A stretch of 64,000 nt of DNA, from positions 1,077 to 65,076 of the forward strand of contig JANPIP010000041.1 of the NCBI GenBank assembly GCA_031424995.1, read 5' to 3'. A program made the translations under genes and the position numbers. The DNA comes from Chitinophagales bacterium. Its GTDB lineage: Bacteria > Bacteroidota > Bacteroidia > Chitinophagales > Chitinophagaceae. The notes beneath the pieces are model-generated. The model was given only the letters and a program-made list of their open reading frames with translations, was not told the origin of the DNA and did no database searches. This document shows, piece by piece, positions 1 to 10,934 of this stretch (its first letter is position 1; each line of letters begins with the position of its first letter).

Positions 1-699
1 ATTGTTTTTGGTACTGTCTAAATAAGTGGCCAGTAATTCGTTGCTAAAATCATCTGAAAGTTCTACGGTTTTATACTTTAAAGCAAGTGAAGCTGTTTTG
101 CGGTTCATGTTGTTAAAGATGCCCATCAGCATGTCTTCCAAAGCGCCTTTGCGTTTAAAATAGATAATATTTTGTGTTGAATGATTGCGCTGTACGTACC
201 TGTAAATTTCTTCCAAATGCGTTTTTAAAGAAGTATTAATAAGTACAAAGTAGGGGTTGGCAATTACGCCTCCATCGTTGGGGTAAGTAGCAGAAATGAG
301 CGGTATATTTCTGTTCAATGCAATATCTGCCAAAGGCTTTACTTCGTTACGACTATTAAAGCAGGCAATAATCATGGCAACACTATCAAACTGGGGGCTG
401 TGCGCAATGTTGTAAATACTTTCATTGCTTTTGCTGTCGTAAAATAAAACCTCCAGTGGTTTGCCTTCTGCCTGCAGGCTGTCAACCGCCATCATTACAC
501 CATTATAAAAATCTAAACCAGGTAAAATGTTTTTGGGTAAAAAACCATTACCCAGTTTATAAGTATCGCGGTTAAAAGCACTATCAATGTAAACAGGTGC
601 AAAAACGGCCACTTTAAGCGGTTGCTGGGCGTATGTTAAAAGCGTGAAAAGTGAAAAGATAAATGTAAAAACGAATTTTTTTTTGTTTAAGGTGGTCAT
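1..699 (-). CDS. Secreted type-1 periplasmic-binding-fold (LivK/Peripla_BP_6-like) protein, truncated by the window edge
   Basis: Absent from the ORF track because it runs off the window. The reverse-strand ATG at 699..697 translates to MTTLNKKKFVFTFIFSLFTLLTYAQQPLKVAVFAPVYIDSAFN..., a signal peptide followed by a PBP-like pattern. The family call is by eye only. Confidence 0.45.
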   Translation of the reverse strand, partial: MTTLNKKKFVFTFIFSLFTLLTYAQQPLKVAVFAPVYIDSAFNRDTYKLGNGFLPKNILPGLDFYNGVMMAVDSLQAEGKPLEVLFYDSKSNESIYNIAHSPQFDSVAMIIACFNSRNEVKPLADIALNRNIPLISATYPNDGGVIANPYFVLINTSLKTHLEEIYRYVQRNHSTQNIIYFKRKGALEDMLMGIFNNMNRKTASLALKYKTVELSDDFSNELLATYLDSTKNN

Positions 700-784
700 G
701 TTTAAGAATTGATGAAGCAGTATAAGCAAAGATTGTTCCTTTTTGCAGTTCTCAGTTCATTCTTACAAAATATGCGTTGGCATA

Positions 785-1243
785 TTACCACGCATTCATC
801 TGGTCTTTATTAGTTCTTTCAGGTTTTTTTGCAGGATGTATGCGCCAATAAGCATCGTAACGTACAAAAAATGCCAGCCATAAAGTTCTTGAAAAACGCA
901 TGAACAAAGGCTGCATAGCAAGCAATAAAAGAGCATTTGCACCAAGCCAGTAAAATATCCTGTTATCTTCAAGCCCAAAGCCAATTAAAAACCACCATAC
1001 TGCAAAGGTAAAACCGCTGAAAGCCACTGTTAGTGCATAACTCACAAAGCTGGTACCGTAATAAAAGCCTACTTCAATATCAAATATCTGCCCGCAAACA
1101 GGGCATACTTCATTCATCTTCATGAAGTTTTTAAGATCATAAGGATTGGAATAACTAAACATATCGCCTCTTCTGCACCTTGGGCATTTGCATTGCAAAA
1201 GGTTTAACACACTGGCGTTTTCTTTATTGGTACTGATTTCCAT
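785..1243 (-). CDS. DUF983-family membrane protein
   Basis: 152 aa with two Cys pairs (CPRCRRGDMF ... CPVCGQIF) followed by two hydrophobic helices, which is the typical DUF983 layout. Confidence 0.6.
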   Translation of the reverse strand: MEISTNKENASVLNLLQCKCPRCRRGDMFSYSNPYDLKNFMKMNEVCPVCGQIFDIEVGFYYGTSFVSYALTVAFSGFTFAVWWFLIGFGLEDNRIFYWLGANALLLLAMQPLFMRFSRTLWLAFFVRYDAYWRIHPAKKPERTNKDQMNAW

Positions 1244-1306
1244 AACAATTGTTTTATTTGTATAACAGGTAAAGGCGTATGGTATAAAAACTGTTACTGT
1301 AGCTGC

Positions 1307-2638
1307 TTATTTCTTTTTTGCACCCCTTGTTATTGGCTTACCATACTTCTTCATCATTTTATCTTTATAATTCACCTTAACATTCACCTTTTTATTTTTC
1401 TCTTTCTTTTCATGAAAAGCAGGGCCGCTTTCTTCTTTTTTAGGCGGCTTTACCAGGTAGGTTTTCATTTTAACTTTCGGCTTTTCATCCTCGGTTAAAA
1501 CCTCAGAAATTTCAAGCCCTTCGGGCAGAGGTGTAACAGGAACTTTAAATTTCATCAGGGCTTCAATCCTGTCAAGGTTTTCTTTTTCCCTTTCAGTACA
1601 AAAGCTAATGGCAATACCTTTTTTATCGGCTCGGCCGGTACGACCAATGCGGTGAATATAGTTTTCTGGTACCTCGGGTAAATCGAAATTGATTACGTGC
1701 GTTACTTCAGAAATATCAAGCCCGCGGGCAATAATATCTGTGGCAATAATAAAACGGTAATTGCCTTCCTGAAACTGTTTTACGGTATTAAAACGGTGGT
1801 TTTGTTCTTTGTTAGAATGTATTACGCCCAGCTTTTCAGGAAACTCAGCCTTCAACTCTTCATACAATTCATCGGCTAAACTTTTGGAAGCAACAAACAC
1901 CAACACCTTACTCATTTCTGCATTCTGCAAAAGCAGTAAAGTTAACAGGTTTACCTTGGTGTAGAAGTTGGGCACCTCATATTTTGTTTGCACAATGTTT
2001 TCAAGCGGAGTGCCTGTTGGTGCGGCTTCTATGCGTTCAGGATCGTTGAAATAAGTATTCATCAGCATTTCCACATCAGCCGTAATAGTGGCTGAGAACA
2101 TCATGTTCTGCCTTTTTTCAGGCAGTAAATCAAGTATGTTTTTTAGCTGTGTTCTAAAGCCAAGGTTCAGCATTTCATCCACTTCATCAATCACTAATTT
2201 TTTAAGGGATTTTGTTTTAAAAGCACCATCATACATCAGGTCAAGCAAGCGGCCAGGTGTTGCAACCAAAACGTCCATCCCCTCCGCAACAGCCAGTTTT
2301 TGAGTGTTGATATTTACACCACCATACACACCCACCACTGCCACATTCATGTATGTGGTTAGTTTTTCAACGGCTTCTACCACCTGTACCACCAATTCTC
2401 TTGTTGGTACAACAATCAATATTTGCGGCGCCCTGTCTTTTGAAAATTTCCATTGCCTTAAGCAGGGCAGCAGGTAAGCAAAGGTTTTACCTGTACCAGT
2501 TTGTGCAATGCCGCAAACATCACGGCCACTCATCATTACCGAAAAAACTTTATGCTGTATGGTGGTTGGATTTTTATAACCAAGATCGTTCAGTGCGTCA
2601 AGTAAAGGTGCATTAAGGTTTAAATCATCAAAAGTCAT
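1307..2638 (-). CDS. DEAD-box ATP-dependent RNA helicase (RhlE-like) with a Lys-rich C-terminal tail
   Basis: Motifs AQTGTGKT (motif I), DEVD (motif II), SAT (motif III) and HRIGRTGR (motif VI). A basic tail spans the last ~70 aa. Confidence 0.9.
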   Translation of the reverse strand: MTFDDLNLNAPLLDALNDLGYKNPTTIQHKVFSVMMSGRDVCGIAQTGTGKTFAYLLPCLRQWKFSKDRAPQILIVVPTRELVVQVVEAVEKLTTYMNVAVVGVYGGVNINTQKLAVAEGMDVLVATPGRLLDLMYDGAFKTKSLKKLVIDEVDEMLNLGFRTQLKNILDLLPEKRQNMMFSATITADVEMLMNTYFNDPERIEAAPTGTPLENIVQTKYEVPNFYTKVNLLTLLLLQNAEMSKVLVFVASKSLADELYEELKAEFPEKLGVIHSNKEQNHRFNTVKQFQEGNYRFIIATDIIARGLDISEVTHVINFDLPEVPENYIHRIGRTGRADKKGIAISFCTEREKENLDRIEALMKFKVPVTPLPEGLEISEVLTEDEKPKVKMKTYLVKPPKKEESGPAFHEKKEKNKKVNVKVNYKDKMMKKYGKPITRGAKKK

Positions 2639-3279
2639 AGTACGCTGCCATTAAATTATGCAACAAAGGTAGTTTTTAATAAAGCGAGTTGTAAACCCTA
2701 TTTAGTAATAACAAAAAACAAGTCGCCATGACTAGGAATAAAGCACCAACCCAACAAGCAAAACAAGTGGTAAGAAAAGCTGTGTAAACAAGTTGTACCA
2801 GTAACTATAAAAGCAGTATCCTTGTAGCAGTAGTAACAAAAAATAAGTCAATCACATTTACTATTTAACCCCAAAATCTGTCAATCTTTTTTAGGAGTGT
2901 GCAAGCGTCGGTCTTCAATCCCTTTTACATTTAGTAAAGGGCTGCCATTGGGATAGGCCACATGGCTTTATTGTAATAGCAAAGCAACCATAATGTATTT
3001 TATTCTCTATTCTTCCATATCTTTTTACAATTTCTGATACCGCTGTCATTGGCGATCTTAGCACGTACAAGGGCATTTTGAAGAGATTAGCACCCTTATA
3101 TAAATATTAATACTGAAATTGTTTTTGAACTGCAAAAAGTTAGCCTTTATTATGGGTTTAAATTATTATGTTATAAACTGTAGCTTAAATCTTCACCTGT
3201 TTATTAAGATATTATAAAGAAATATTGTAAATCTTTTTTTTATAATAATCTTTATGTAAACCTAACAAAGGTCAATCGT

Positions 3280-6200
3280 ATGCAGGCCATTAAAACTGTA
3301 CATATAAATAATAATTCAGGCGAAGGGATGCTGGCACAACAGTTTGACCTTTTAGTGCAAAGTGTAGATGATATTGCAGTTTTTGCCATTGACCCGTTGG
3401 GATATATTGTTAGCTGGAATACAGGTGCTGAAAATTTTATTGGGTACAAAGAAGACGATATTTCTGGCAGGCATATTTCTTTTTTTTATACTGAAAAAGA
3501 TGTTTTAGCAGGCTTGCCACAGCAGCATATTACAAATGCTGGCGAAGGCAATTTTAAAACCATTTGTTATTGGGTAACAGCAAATAAAACAGAATTTTCT
3601 GTGGCTGTTTCTTTTACAGGTTATTATAATGCAGCGCATGAAATTGAATACTATTCAGTCATTGTTCGCCGTATAGGTAATGAAAAAAATAGCGAAACTG
3701 TTTATGCTGCTGAAGAGTATAAGGCTGCGGATTTTAATCATTCTACTGCACCTTCTTACCTGTTAAATGCCTCATCTATTAAAGACCTGCACTTGTTTTA
3801 CGACATGTTTATGCAGGCCCCTACAGCCATTTGTGTTTTACGAGGAAGAGATTTTGTGTTTGAAATGGCTAATCCATACTGTATACAACATGCAGGAAAA
3901 ACAGCCCTGGTTGGCCGCTCTATAAAAGAGGTGTATCCTGAACTTGAATCGCAGGGTTTTTTAAAAATACTTGATAATATTTATAAAACAGGGGAGCCAT
4001 TTGAAGGCAAAGAAATGCCTATAAAGGTGATGGTGAACGGCAAAATGGTTGACCGTTATTTAAACTTTATTTACAAACCCTTCAGCAATGCAAAAGGCGA
4101 AGTTGAATACATTTTATACTTTGGTATTGATGTTACTGAACAAGTTTTGGCCGCACAAAAATTAAAAAATACAACACAAAAAATTGAAAGGATTTATGAG
4201 CGTGTTAATGAAGGTGTTTATACCAAAGATGTCATCAATAATAAATACCTGCATTTATCTGTTGGGTGTCCTAAAATATACGGCTACACCGTAGAAGAGT
4301 TTTTTGCAAATCCTATGTTGTGGTTTGAGGTAATTCATCCTGACGATAAAAATATCATTGGCTATGAAAATGACCAACTAAAAAAAGGCGAACCTGTACA
4401 TAGCCGTTACCGCATTATTCATAAAGATAAAAGCATACGGTGGATAGAAATAAAAGCCTTTCCTGTTATAGAAAACGGTGTATTTACTCAGGTAGAAGGC
4501 ATTGTATATGATGTTACAGACCGTAAGGTGGCAGATGAAAAACTGGAACATGCCAGTAAAGAATTGCAGTGGCTTTTTGATAATGTAGAAGAGATGCTCA
4601 TATCAGTAGATATGACCACCTTCAAAAACATAAATATATCGCCTGCATGCGAAAATATCTACGGTTACACGGCAGAAGAATTTTATGCAGATGACCAGCT
4701 ATGGGTAAACTGTATTTATCCTGCCGATTTATGGGTGTTAGATTATAAACATAAAAAGTTCTCGGCCAATAAAGTTGCTTCTTCGCAATTCAGAATTATA
4801 CATAAAGATGGCTCTATAAGATGGGTGGAAGATATGATTACGCCCACGCTTGATGAAGCAGGAAAGTTGCTGCGTATTGATGGCATACTAAGAGACATTA
4901 CTAACCGCAAAAAAAGTGAACAGCTTATAAACGACAGTGAAGAAAAGCGAAGGTTGATAATGAATGCTGCGCTTGATGCCATTATTTGTATAAATACAAA
5001 AGGGTTAATTACTTTCTGGAATCCTCAGTCAGAAAAGATTTTTGGTTGGAAGGAGGATGAAGTGATGGGTGTAAAACTTTCAGAAATAATTATTCCTTCG
5101 CCCTACAATTTAAGGCACGATACAGGCATGGAAAATTATCTTAAAACAGGTCATGGCCCAGCCCTTAATGTATTGCTTGAATTAACTGCCATCAACAGGC
5201 AAAAAAAACAGTTTCCTATTGAATTAACTGTGCTGCCCATAAAACAGGGCGAAGAGGAATTTTTCTGTGCTTTTATTCGCGATATCAGCCTGCGTAAAGA
5301 AAACGAAAGAGACCTGTTAACATTTAACGAAAGGTTTAAGCGTGTATCCAAAGCAACACATGATGCAGTGTATGATTGGGATCTTTTAACGGATGATTTT
5401 TGGGTGAATGAAAACTTTTATAAGTTAATGGGCTACGATCCATCAAAGCCAATACCTGATTTTGATGAATGGGCTTTAAGCCTGCACGATAATGACAGGC
5501 AAAGAATAACAACGAGGCTTAAAGACATTAAGGAAACTACTGTAAACAAGTGGGAAGATGAATTTAGCTTTAAACTAAAAGATGGCAAATACCGCACAGT
5601 GCTTGAAAGAGCTTATGTTTTAAGAGATAATCAAAACAAACCCATAAGGTTAATTAATGCCTTAATGGATATTACTGAACGTAGAAAGCAGGAAGAAGAA
5701 ATAAAGTTTTCGCGAGAAGAATTGCGACGCCTTGCATCGCATTTGCAAACAGTGCGTGAAGAAGAACGTGCCGATATTTCACGCGAAGTACATGATGAAC
5801 TAGGGCAACTGCTTACTGCCTTGAAAATGGATTTGCAGATTATTAAAAAGCGGCTCCCTTTACAGGATGAAATTATAAAAAGCAGGATCACTGAATCAGA
5901 AAAACTGGCAGAAGAAATTATCTTTTCTGTAAGAAGAATTGCTTCTCAGCTACGGCCTCCAATGCTTGATCAATTGGGGCTTAAAGCAACGCTGCAATGG
6001 TACAGCAACGACTTTTCTATGCGTACAGGTATTCAGTGTTTTTTTAAAGAACACTGCGATGACGAGATAAAAGACCATTCCATTGGTATTGGTATTTTTA
6101 GGGTTTTTCAGGAGGCACTTACCAATATTACAAGGCACTCTGCCGCAACAGAAGTGAATGTAGATTTTATGTGCAATGGCATTGAATTGCAGCTTGCCAT

Positions 6201-6363
6201 ACAGGATAATGGTATAGGCTTTAATAAAAACGAAGTAAGGGAAAAAAACAGGCTGGGGCTATTGGGTATGCAGGAAAGGGTACAGATTTTAAAGGGTGAA
6301 CTTGTTGTAGAAAGTACACCTGGCGATGGAGCCATTTTAAAAATAAAAATACCATTGGCTTAA
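3280..6363 (+). CDS. Multi-PAS sensor histidine kinase (HisKA_3/NarX-DegS type)
   Basis: 1027 aa with repeated PAS/PAC signatures (RIIHKDGSIRWVE appears several times), an H-box VHDELGQLLTALK, and a C-terminal HATPase (DNGIGF, GLLGMQERV). Confidence 0.85.
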   Translation: MQAIKTVHINNNSGEGMLAQQFDLLVQSVDDIAVFAIDPLGYIVSWNTGAENFIGYKEDDISGRHISFFYTEKDVLAGLPQQHITNAGEGNFKTICYWVTANKTEFSVAVSFTGYYNAAHEIEYYSVIVRRIGNEKNSETVYAAEEYKAADFNHSTAPSYLLNASSIKDLHLFYDMFMQAPTAICVLRGRDFVFEMANPYCIQHAGKTALVGRSIKEVYPELESQGFLKILDNIYKTGEPFEGKEMPIKVMVNGKMVDRYLNFIYKPFSNAKGEVEYILYFGIDVTEQVLAAQKLKNTTQKIERIYERVNEGVYTKDVINNKYLHLSVGCPKIYGYTVEEFFANPMLWFEVIHPDDKNIIGYENDQLKKGEPVHSRYRIIHKDKSIRWIEIKAFPVIENGVFTQVEGIVYDVTDRKVADEKLEHASKELQWLFDNVEEMLISVDMTTFKNINISPACENIYGYTAEEFYADDQLWVNCIYPADLWVLDYKHKKFSANKVASSQFRIIHKDGSIRWVEDMITPTLDEAGKLLRIDGILRDITNRKKSEQLINDSEEKRRLIMNAALDAIICINTKGLITFWNPQSEKIFGWKEDEVMGVKLSEIIIPSPYNLRHDTGMENYLKTGHGPALNVLLELTAINRQKKQFPIELTVLPIKQGEEEFFCAFIRDISLRKENERDLLTFNERFKRVSKATHDAVYDWDLLTDDFWVNENFYKLMGYDPSKPIPDFDEWALSLHDNDRQRITTRLKDIKETTVNKWEDEFSFKLKDGKYRTVLERAYVLRDNQNKPIRLINALMDITERRKQEEEIKFSREELRRLASHLQTVREEERADISREVHDELGQLLTALKMDLQIIKKRLPLQDEIIKSRITESEKLAEEIIFSVRRIASQLRPPMLDQLGLKATLQWYSNDFSMRTGIQCFFKEHCDDEIKDHSIGIGIFRVFQEALTNITRHSAATEVNVDFMCNGIELQLAIQDNGIGFNKNEVREKNRLGLLGMQERVQILKGELVVESTPGDGAILKIKIPLA

Positions 6364-6425
6364 TTACAGTATGTTAAAATAAATTTTGCCGTCAAAAACA
6401 ATCAGCCCATATTTGCAACTCAAAA

Positions 6426-6488
6426 ATGAAACAATTAATAATAAATATTCAGTGGTGGTGGCATACAAACCTTAACAGAGGCTTGTAG
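6426..6488 (+). CDS. trp operon leader peptide (MKQLIINIQWWWHTNLNRGL)
   Basis: A 20-codon ORF with three consecutive TGG codons (6453-6461), about 130 nt upstream of trpE and immediately followed by an attenuator hairpin. Confidence 0.7.
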   Translation: MKQLIINIQWWWHTNLNRGL

Positions 6489-6525
6489 TGGCGTTGCCAG
6501 TACTCAACAACATAAAGTTGAAAAG

Positions 6526-6551
6526 CCTCGACAGTTTGTCGGGGTTTTTTT
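6526..6551 (+). terminator. trp attenuator (intrinsic terminator)
   Basis: CCTCGACA-GTT-TGTCGGGG stem followed by TTTTTTT. GAGGCTT (6478-6484) can pair with AAGCCTC (6523-6529) as an alternative antiterminator. Confidence 0.75.
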
Positions 6552-6615
6552 ATGCAGAAAATTGATGAGAATAAATTTTAAACAAACACAATAGTCCCCC
6601 TTAGGGGATAATGGT

Positions 6616-8064
6616 ATGAAAAAAATTGAAATAACAACCACCATTAAAAAAATGCTTGCCGATGTGTACACGCCAGTGGGTATTTACCTGCGCGTGAGGG
6701 ATCGCTTTCGCGATACCATTTTGCTGGAAAGTACAGACCATCACGTAGCAGAAAACAGCTATAGTTTTATAGGTATCAACGCCATTGCAGGCATTGAAAT
6801 TACCGATACCAAAAGCATCGAATTCAAGTTGCCAGCCCAACAGCCTGAGCGTATTGCCATCAACAATACAAGCGAAGTTCCCAACCAGCTTTGGAACTTT
6901 ATGAACCGCTTTACAACGAAGGCTTCTGAAGCCACCCCTGTTGGGGGAGGTTTGGCGGGGGCCGTTGTGGGCTTTGCACAAGGTTTATATGGCTACACCA
7001 CCTACGATGCCGTTCAGTTTTTCGATAGCGTAAAACTCACAACTCACAACGCACAACTCACTGCTATTCCCTTAATGCGTTACCGTTTGTACCAGTACGT
7101 TATCGCCATCAATCACTATAAAGACGAGCTGTTTTTATGTGAGAATAAAATTGATGGGGTTGACAGCGATATAATGGTGGTAGAAAGCCTTATCAAAAGC
7201 AAAGACGTTCCTGCGTATCCCTTTGCTGTAAAGGGTTCTGAAACTTCCAACATCACGAATGAAGCCTATATTGAAATGGTGAAAAAAGGCATCCAAAGTT
7301 GTTTCAGGGGCGATGTTTTTCAGATTGTATTAAGCCGCCGTTTTCAGCAAAGTTTTACTGGCGATGAGTTTAATGTGTACCGTGCTTTGCGCAATATCAA
7401 TCCATCACCTTACCTGTTTTTCTTCGATTATGGCGACTATAAATTAATGGGTTCATCGCCTGAAAGCCAACTGGTAATTAATAACGGCAAGGCAACTGTT
7501 CATCCAATTGCAGGCACATTTAAACGTACTGGCGATGATGTGGTAGACCAGGAAGCTGCTGAGCGTTTGCTGCTTGATGCAAAAGAAAATGCAGAGCATG
7601 TAATGCTGGTTGACCTTGCCCGTAACGACCTTAGCCGTGTGTGCGATGAAGTGCGTGTGAGCCATTACCGCGAAGTGCAATATTACAGCCATGTTATCCA
7701 TTTGGTAAGCGAAGTAAATGGCACCGTTCGCCCCAATAGCAATCCCTTTGAGCTGCTGGCTAAAACCTTTCCTGCAGGTACTTTAAGCGGTGCGCCAAAA
7801 ATAAAAGCCATGCATTTAATAGACAGTTTTGAAACCACCAACCGCAGTTACTATGGCGGCGGCATTGGCTTTATGGGCTTTGATGGAAGCTGCAACCACG
7901 CCATTATGATACGCTCTTTTTTAAGTAAAAACAACACCTTGTTTTACCAGGCGGGTGCTGGTGTTGTGGCCGCTTCAAACCCTGAAAGTGAATTGCAGGA
8001 AGTGAACAATAAACTAAACGCACTTAAAAAAGCAATTGAATTTGCCAATGATATTGGCGTGTAG
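6616..8064 (+). CDS. trpE: Anthranilate synthase component I
   Basis: 482 aa with chorismate-binding signatures (LESTDHH..., PSPYLFFFDYGD, ARNDLSRV, GTLSGAPK) in operon context. Confidence 0.92.
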   Translation: MKKIEITTTIKKMLADVYTPVGIYLRVRDRFRDTILLESTDHHVAENSYSFIGINAIAGIEITDTKSIEFKLPAQQPERIAINNTSEVPNQLWNFMNRFTTKASEATPVGGGLAGAVVGFAQGLYGYTTYDAVQFFDSVKLTTHNAQLTAIPLMRYRLYQYVIAINHYKDELFLCENKIDGVDSDIMVVESLIKSKDVPAYPFAVKGSETSNITNEAYIEMVKKGIQSCFRGDVFQIVLSRRFQQSFTGDEFNVYRALRNINPSPYLFFFDYGDYKLMGSSPESQLVINNGKATVHPIAGTFKRTGDDVVDQEAAERLLLDAKENAEHVMLVDLARNDLSRVCDEVRVSHYREVQYYSHVIHLVSEVNGTVRPNSNPFELLAKTFPAGTLSGAPKIKAMHLIDSFETTNRSYYGGGIGFMGFDGSCNHAIMIRSFLSKNNTLFYQAGAGVVAASNPESELQEVNNKLNALKKAIEFANDIGV

Positions 8065-8145
8065 TTTTTTGGGTCACCAGCAGCAGGATTTCTATTAAGC
8101 TGCATAGGCGTCGCACACTTGTACTGTATAACATTATTCAACACA
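8065..8145. repeat. ~80-bp intergenic repeat family, copy A (trpE|trpG spacer)
   Basis: TTTTTTGGGTCACCAGC...GCGTCGCACACTTGTAC... aligns with 15028-15110 and with the reverse complement of 18389-18467. Confidence 0.6.
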
Positions 8146-8157
8146 TCAACTTCAAAA

Positions 8158-8856
<699 letters not shown>

Positions 8857-8857
8857 T

Positions 8858-9107
8858 TGTGCATCACTTAAAAATGGTTGTGCTGCACTGAAAGTGGTTA
8901 CTCGGTAATAAAAAGAGGCTGCTCAACACTTAAAAATGATTGCTCGCTACTTAAAAGTAGCTGCTCAACACTCAAAAATGGTTGCTCACTACTGAAAAAT
9001 GGTTGCTCAATACTGAAAAATGATAGCTCACCACTGAAAAATGATAGCTCACTACTGAAAAATGATAGCTCAATACTGAAAATGGCAGCTCAGCATTAAA
9101 AAACGGC
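8858..9107. repeat. 21-bp tandem repeat array (~12 units) in the trpG|trpD spacer
   Basis: The units look like (T/A)GCTCA(A/C)(T/C)ACTGAAAAATG(G/A)T. The best copies lie at 8962-9086 and the flanking copies are degenerate. Confidence 0.85.
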
Positions 9108-9146
9108 TTCGGGGGCATATTTAAATCAACTTATTAACAAAAAGCA

Positions 9147-10139
9147 ATGAAAAAAATACTCCAAATACTATTTGAGCATAAAACATTAGATTATGTTTCT
9201 GCGAAAGAAGTATTGTTAAATATTGGCAGAGGTGTTTACAACGAACACGAAGTAACTGCCTTCATGACAGTTTATCTCATGCGCAGCATTACTATAGAAG
9301 AGCTGCAAGGCTTTCGCGATGCATTGCTTGAGCTATGTGTAAAAGTTGACCTTGATGGTTATAACGTAATGGACATAGTTGGCACTGGCGGTGATGGAAA
9401 AAACACTTTCAATATCTCAACACTAAGTTGTTTTATTGTGGCAGGCGCAGGGCAAAAAGTAGCCAAACATGGCAATTATGGTGCTTCATCAATTAGTGGT
9501 GCCAGTAATGTAATGGAGCAATTGGGCTACAAATTCAAGAACGATAATGATAAGTTGAAACAGGAAGTAGACGAAGCTAATATCTGCTTTCTCCATGCGC
9601 CGTTATTTCATCCTGCATTAAAAGCAGTGGGTGCTATTCGTAAAAATCTTGGCGTAAGAACTTTCTTCAATATGCTTGGGCCAATGGTAAATCCAGCTTC
9701 ACCTGCATACCAATTGGTGGGTGTGTACAATCTTGAAATGGCACGTATCTACAACTATTTGCTGCAACAAACAGGTAAGCCGTTTACTGTAATTCATAGT
9801 CTTGATGGCTATGATGAAATCTCGCTCACCAACGATACCAAAGTAATTACCAACGAAGGCGAGAGCATCAAAACACCAATGCAGTTAGGCAAACGTATGG
9901 TAACAGCCCAGGATATTTACGGCGGCAATACCGTAGAAGAAGCTGCCAAAATATTCACCACCATTATAAAAGGTGAGGGTAGTTGGGCGCAAAATGCCGT
10001 GGTACTTGCCAATGCGGCTATGGCCTTGCATTGTACAGGTAACTATGTCACTTATGAAGATGCATACAGTGCAGCAGTTAAAAGTCTTGAAAGCAAATCG
10101 GCCTATCAATCATTACAAAAATTAGTTGCATTACAATAG
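9147..10139 (+). CDS. trpD: Anthranilate phosphoribosyltransferase
   Basis: GTGGDGKNTFNIST and KHGNYGASS motifs, 330 aa, in operon context. Confidence 0.92.
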   Translation: MKKILQILFEHKTLDYVSAKEVLLNIGRGVYNEHEVTAFMTVYLMRSITIEELQGFRDALLELCVKVDLDGYNVMDIVGTGGDGKNTFNISTLSCFIVAGAGQKVAKHGNYGASSISGASNVMEQLGYKFKNDNDKLKQEVDEANICFLHAPLFHPALKAVGAIRKNLGVRTFFNMLGPMVNPASPAYQLVGVYNLEMARIYNYLLQQTGKPFTVIHSLDGYDEISLTNDTKVITNEGESIKTPMQLGKRMVTAQDIYGGNTVEEAAKIFTTIIKGEGSWAQNAVVLANAAMALHCTGNYVTYEDAYSAAVKSLESKSAYQSLQKLVALQ

Positions 10140-10145
10140 TTAAGC

Positions 10146-10934
10146 ATGAACATTTTAGACACCATCATCGCCCATAAAAAAATAGAAGTAGCGCAGGCCA
10201 AAGCCCGTACAAGCATAAGTGAGTTAGAGAAAATGCATTTTTTCGCGCAGCCAACTTTATCTCTGAAAAAGTTTCTGTTGGATGAAACCAAGACAGGCAT
10301 TATTGCTGAATATAAACGTCAATCGCCTTCAAAGGGCATCATTAATAATACTACAACTGTTGAAGAGGTGACTGCAGCCTATGCTGCCCATGGTGCTTCA
10401 GGTATTTCTGTACTTACAGATAACCATTTTTTTGGCGGAAGCCTGCAGGATTTGCTTGCAGCCACCATCAACGAAGTGCCTTTGCTGCGCAAAGATTTTA
10501 TGATTGACGAATACCAGTTTATTGAAGCGAAGGCCCATGGCGCAGAAGTGGTGTTGCTGATTGCCGCCTGCTTATCTCCCCAAAGGGTAAAAGAATTGGC
10601 GATGGTAGCAAAAAATCTTGGTCTTGAAGTGTTGCTTGAAATTCACAACCACGAAGAACTGGAACATATTTGCGATGAAGTAGACCTTGTGGGTGTAAAC
10701 AATAGGAATTTGAAAGATTTTATTGTAAATATTGATGCTTCTATTGAGCTGATTAAACATATTCCTGCTTCAAAAGTGGCTGTGGCCGAAAGTGGCATCA
10801 GTAATACAGATACTATCGTAACTTTACGCAATGCTGGCTTCAAAGGATTTTTGATTGGCGAGAACTTTATGAAGCAAACAAAGCCATCAATCGCGTTTGC
10901 CGATTTTGTAACTGAACTGAAAACGAAACTGTAA
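10146..10934 (+). CDS. trpC: Indole-3-glycerol phosphate synthase
   Basis: IIAEYKRQSPSKG, LRKDF and GVNNRNL motifs, 262 aa. Confidence 0.9.
   Translation: MNILDTIIAHKKIEVAQAKARTSISELEKMHFFAQPTLSLKKFLLDETKTGIIAEYKRQSPSKGIINNTTTVEEVTAAYAAHGASGISVLTDNHFFGGSLQDLLAATINEVPLLRKDFMIDEYQFIEAKAHGAEVVLLIAACLSPQRVKELAMVAKNLGLEVLLEIHNHEELEHICDEVDLVGVNNRNLKDFIVNIDASIELIKHIPASKVAVAESGISNTDTIVTLRNAGFKGFLIGENFMKQTKPSIAFADFVTELKTKL

Noticed and set aside
6552-6581. A second mini-ORF (MQKIDENKF) between the attenuator and trpE.
   Set aside because: It has only 9 codons, no regulatory codons and no structural partner. It is probably fortuitous.
8878-9099. A 73-aa ORF (MCCTESGYSVIKRGCSTLKNDCSLLK...) between trpG and trpD.
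   Set aside because: The frame is kept open only because the DNA is a 21-bp (7-codon) tandem repeat. It uses a non-ATG start and has no protein-like features beyond the repeat. It is reported as a repeat, with translation left as an open question.
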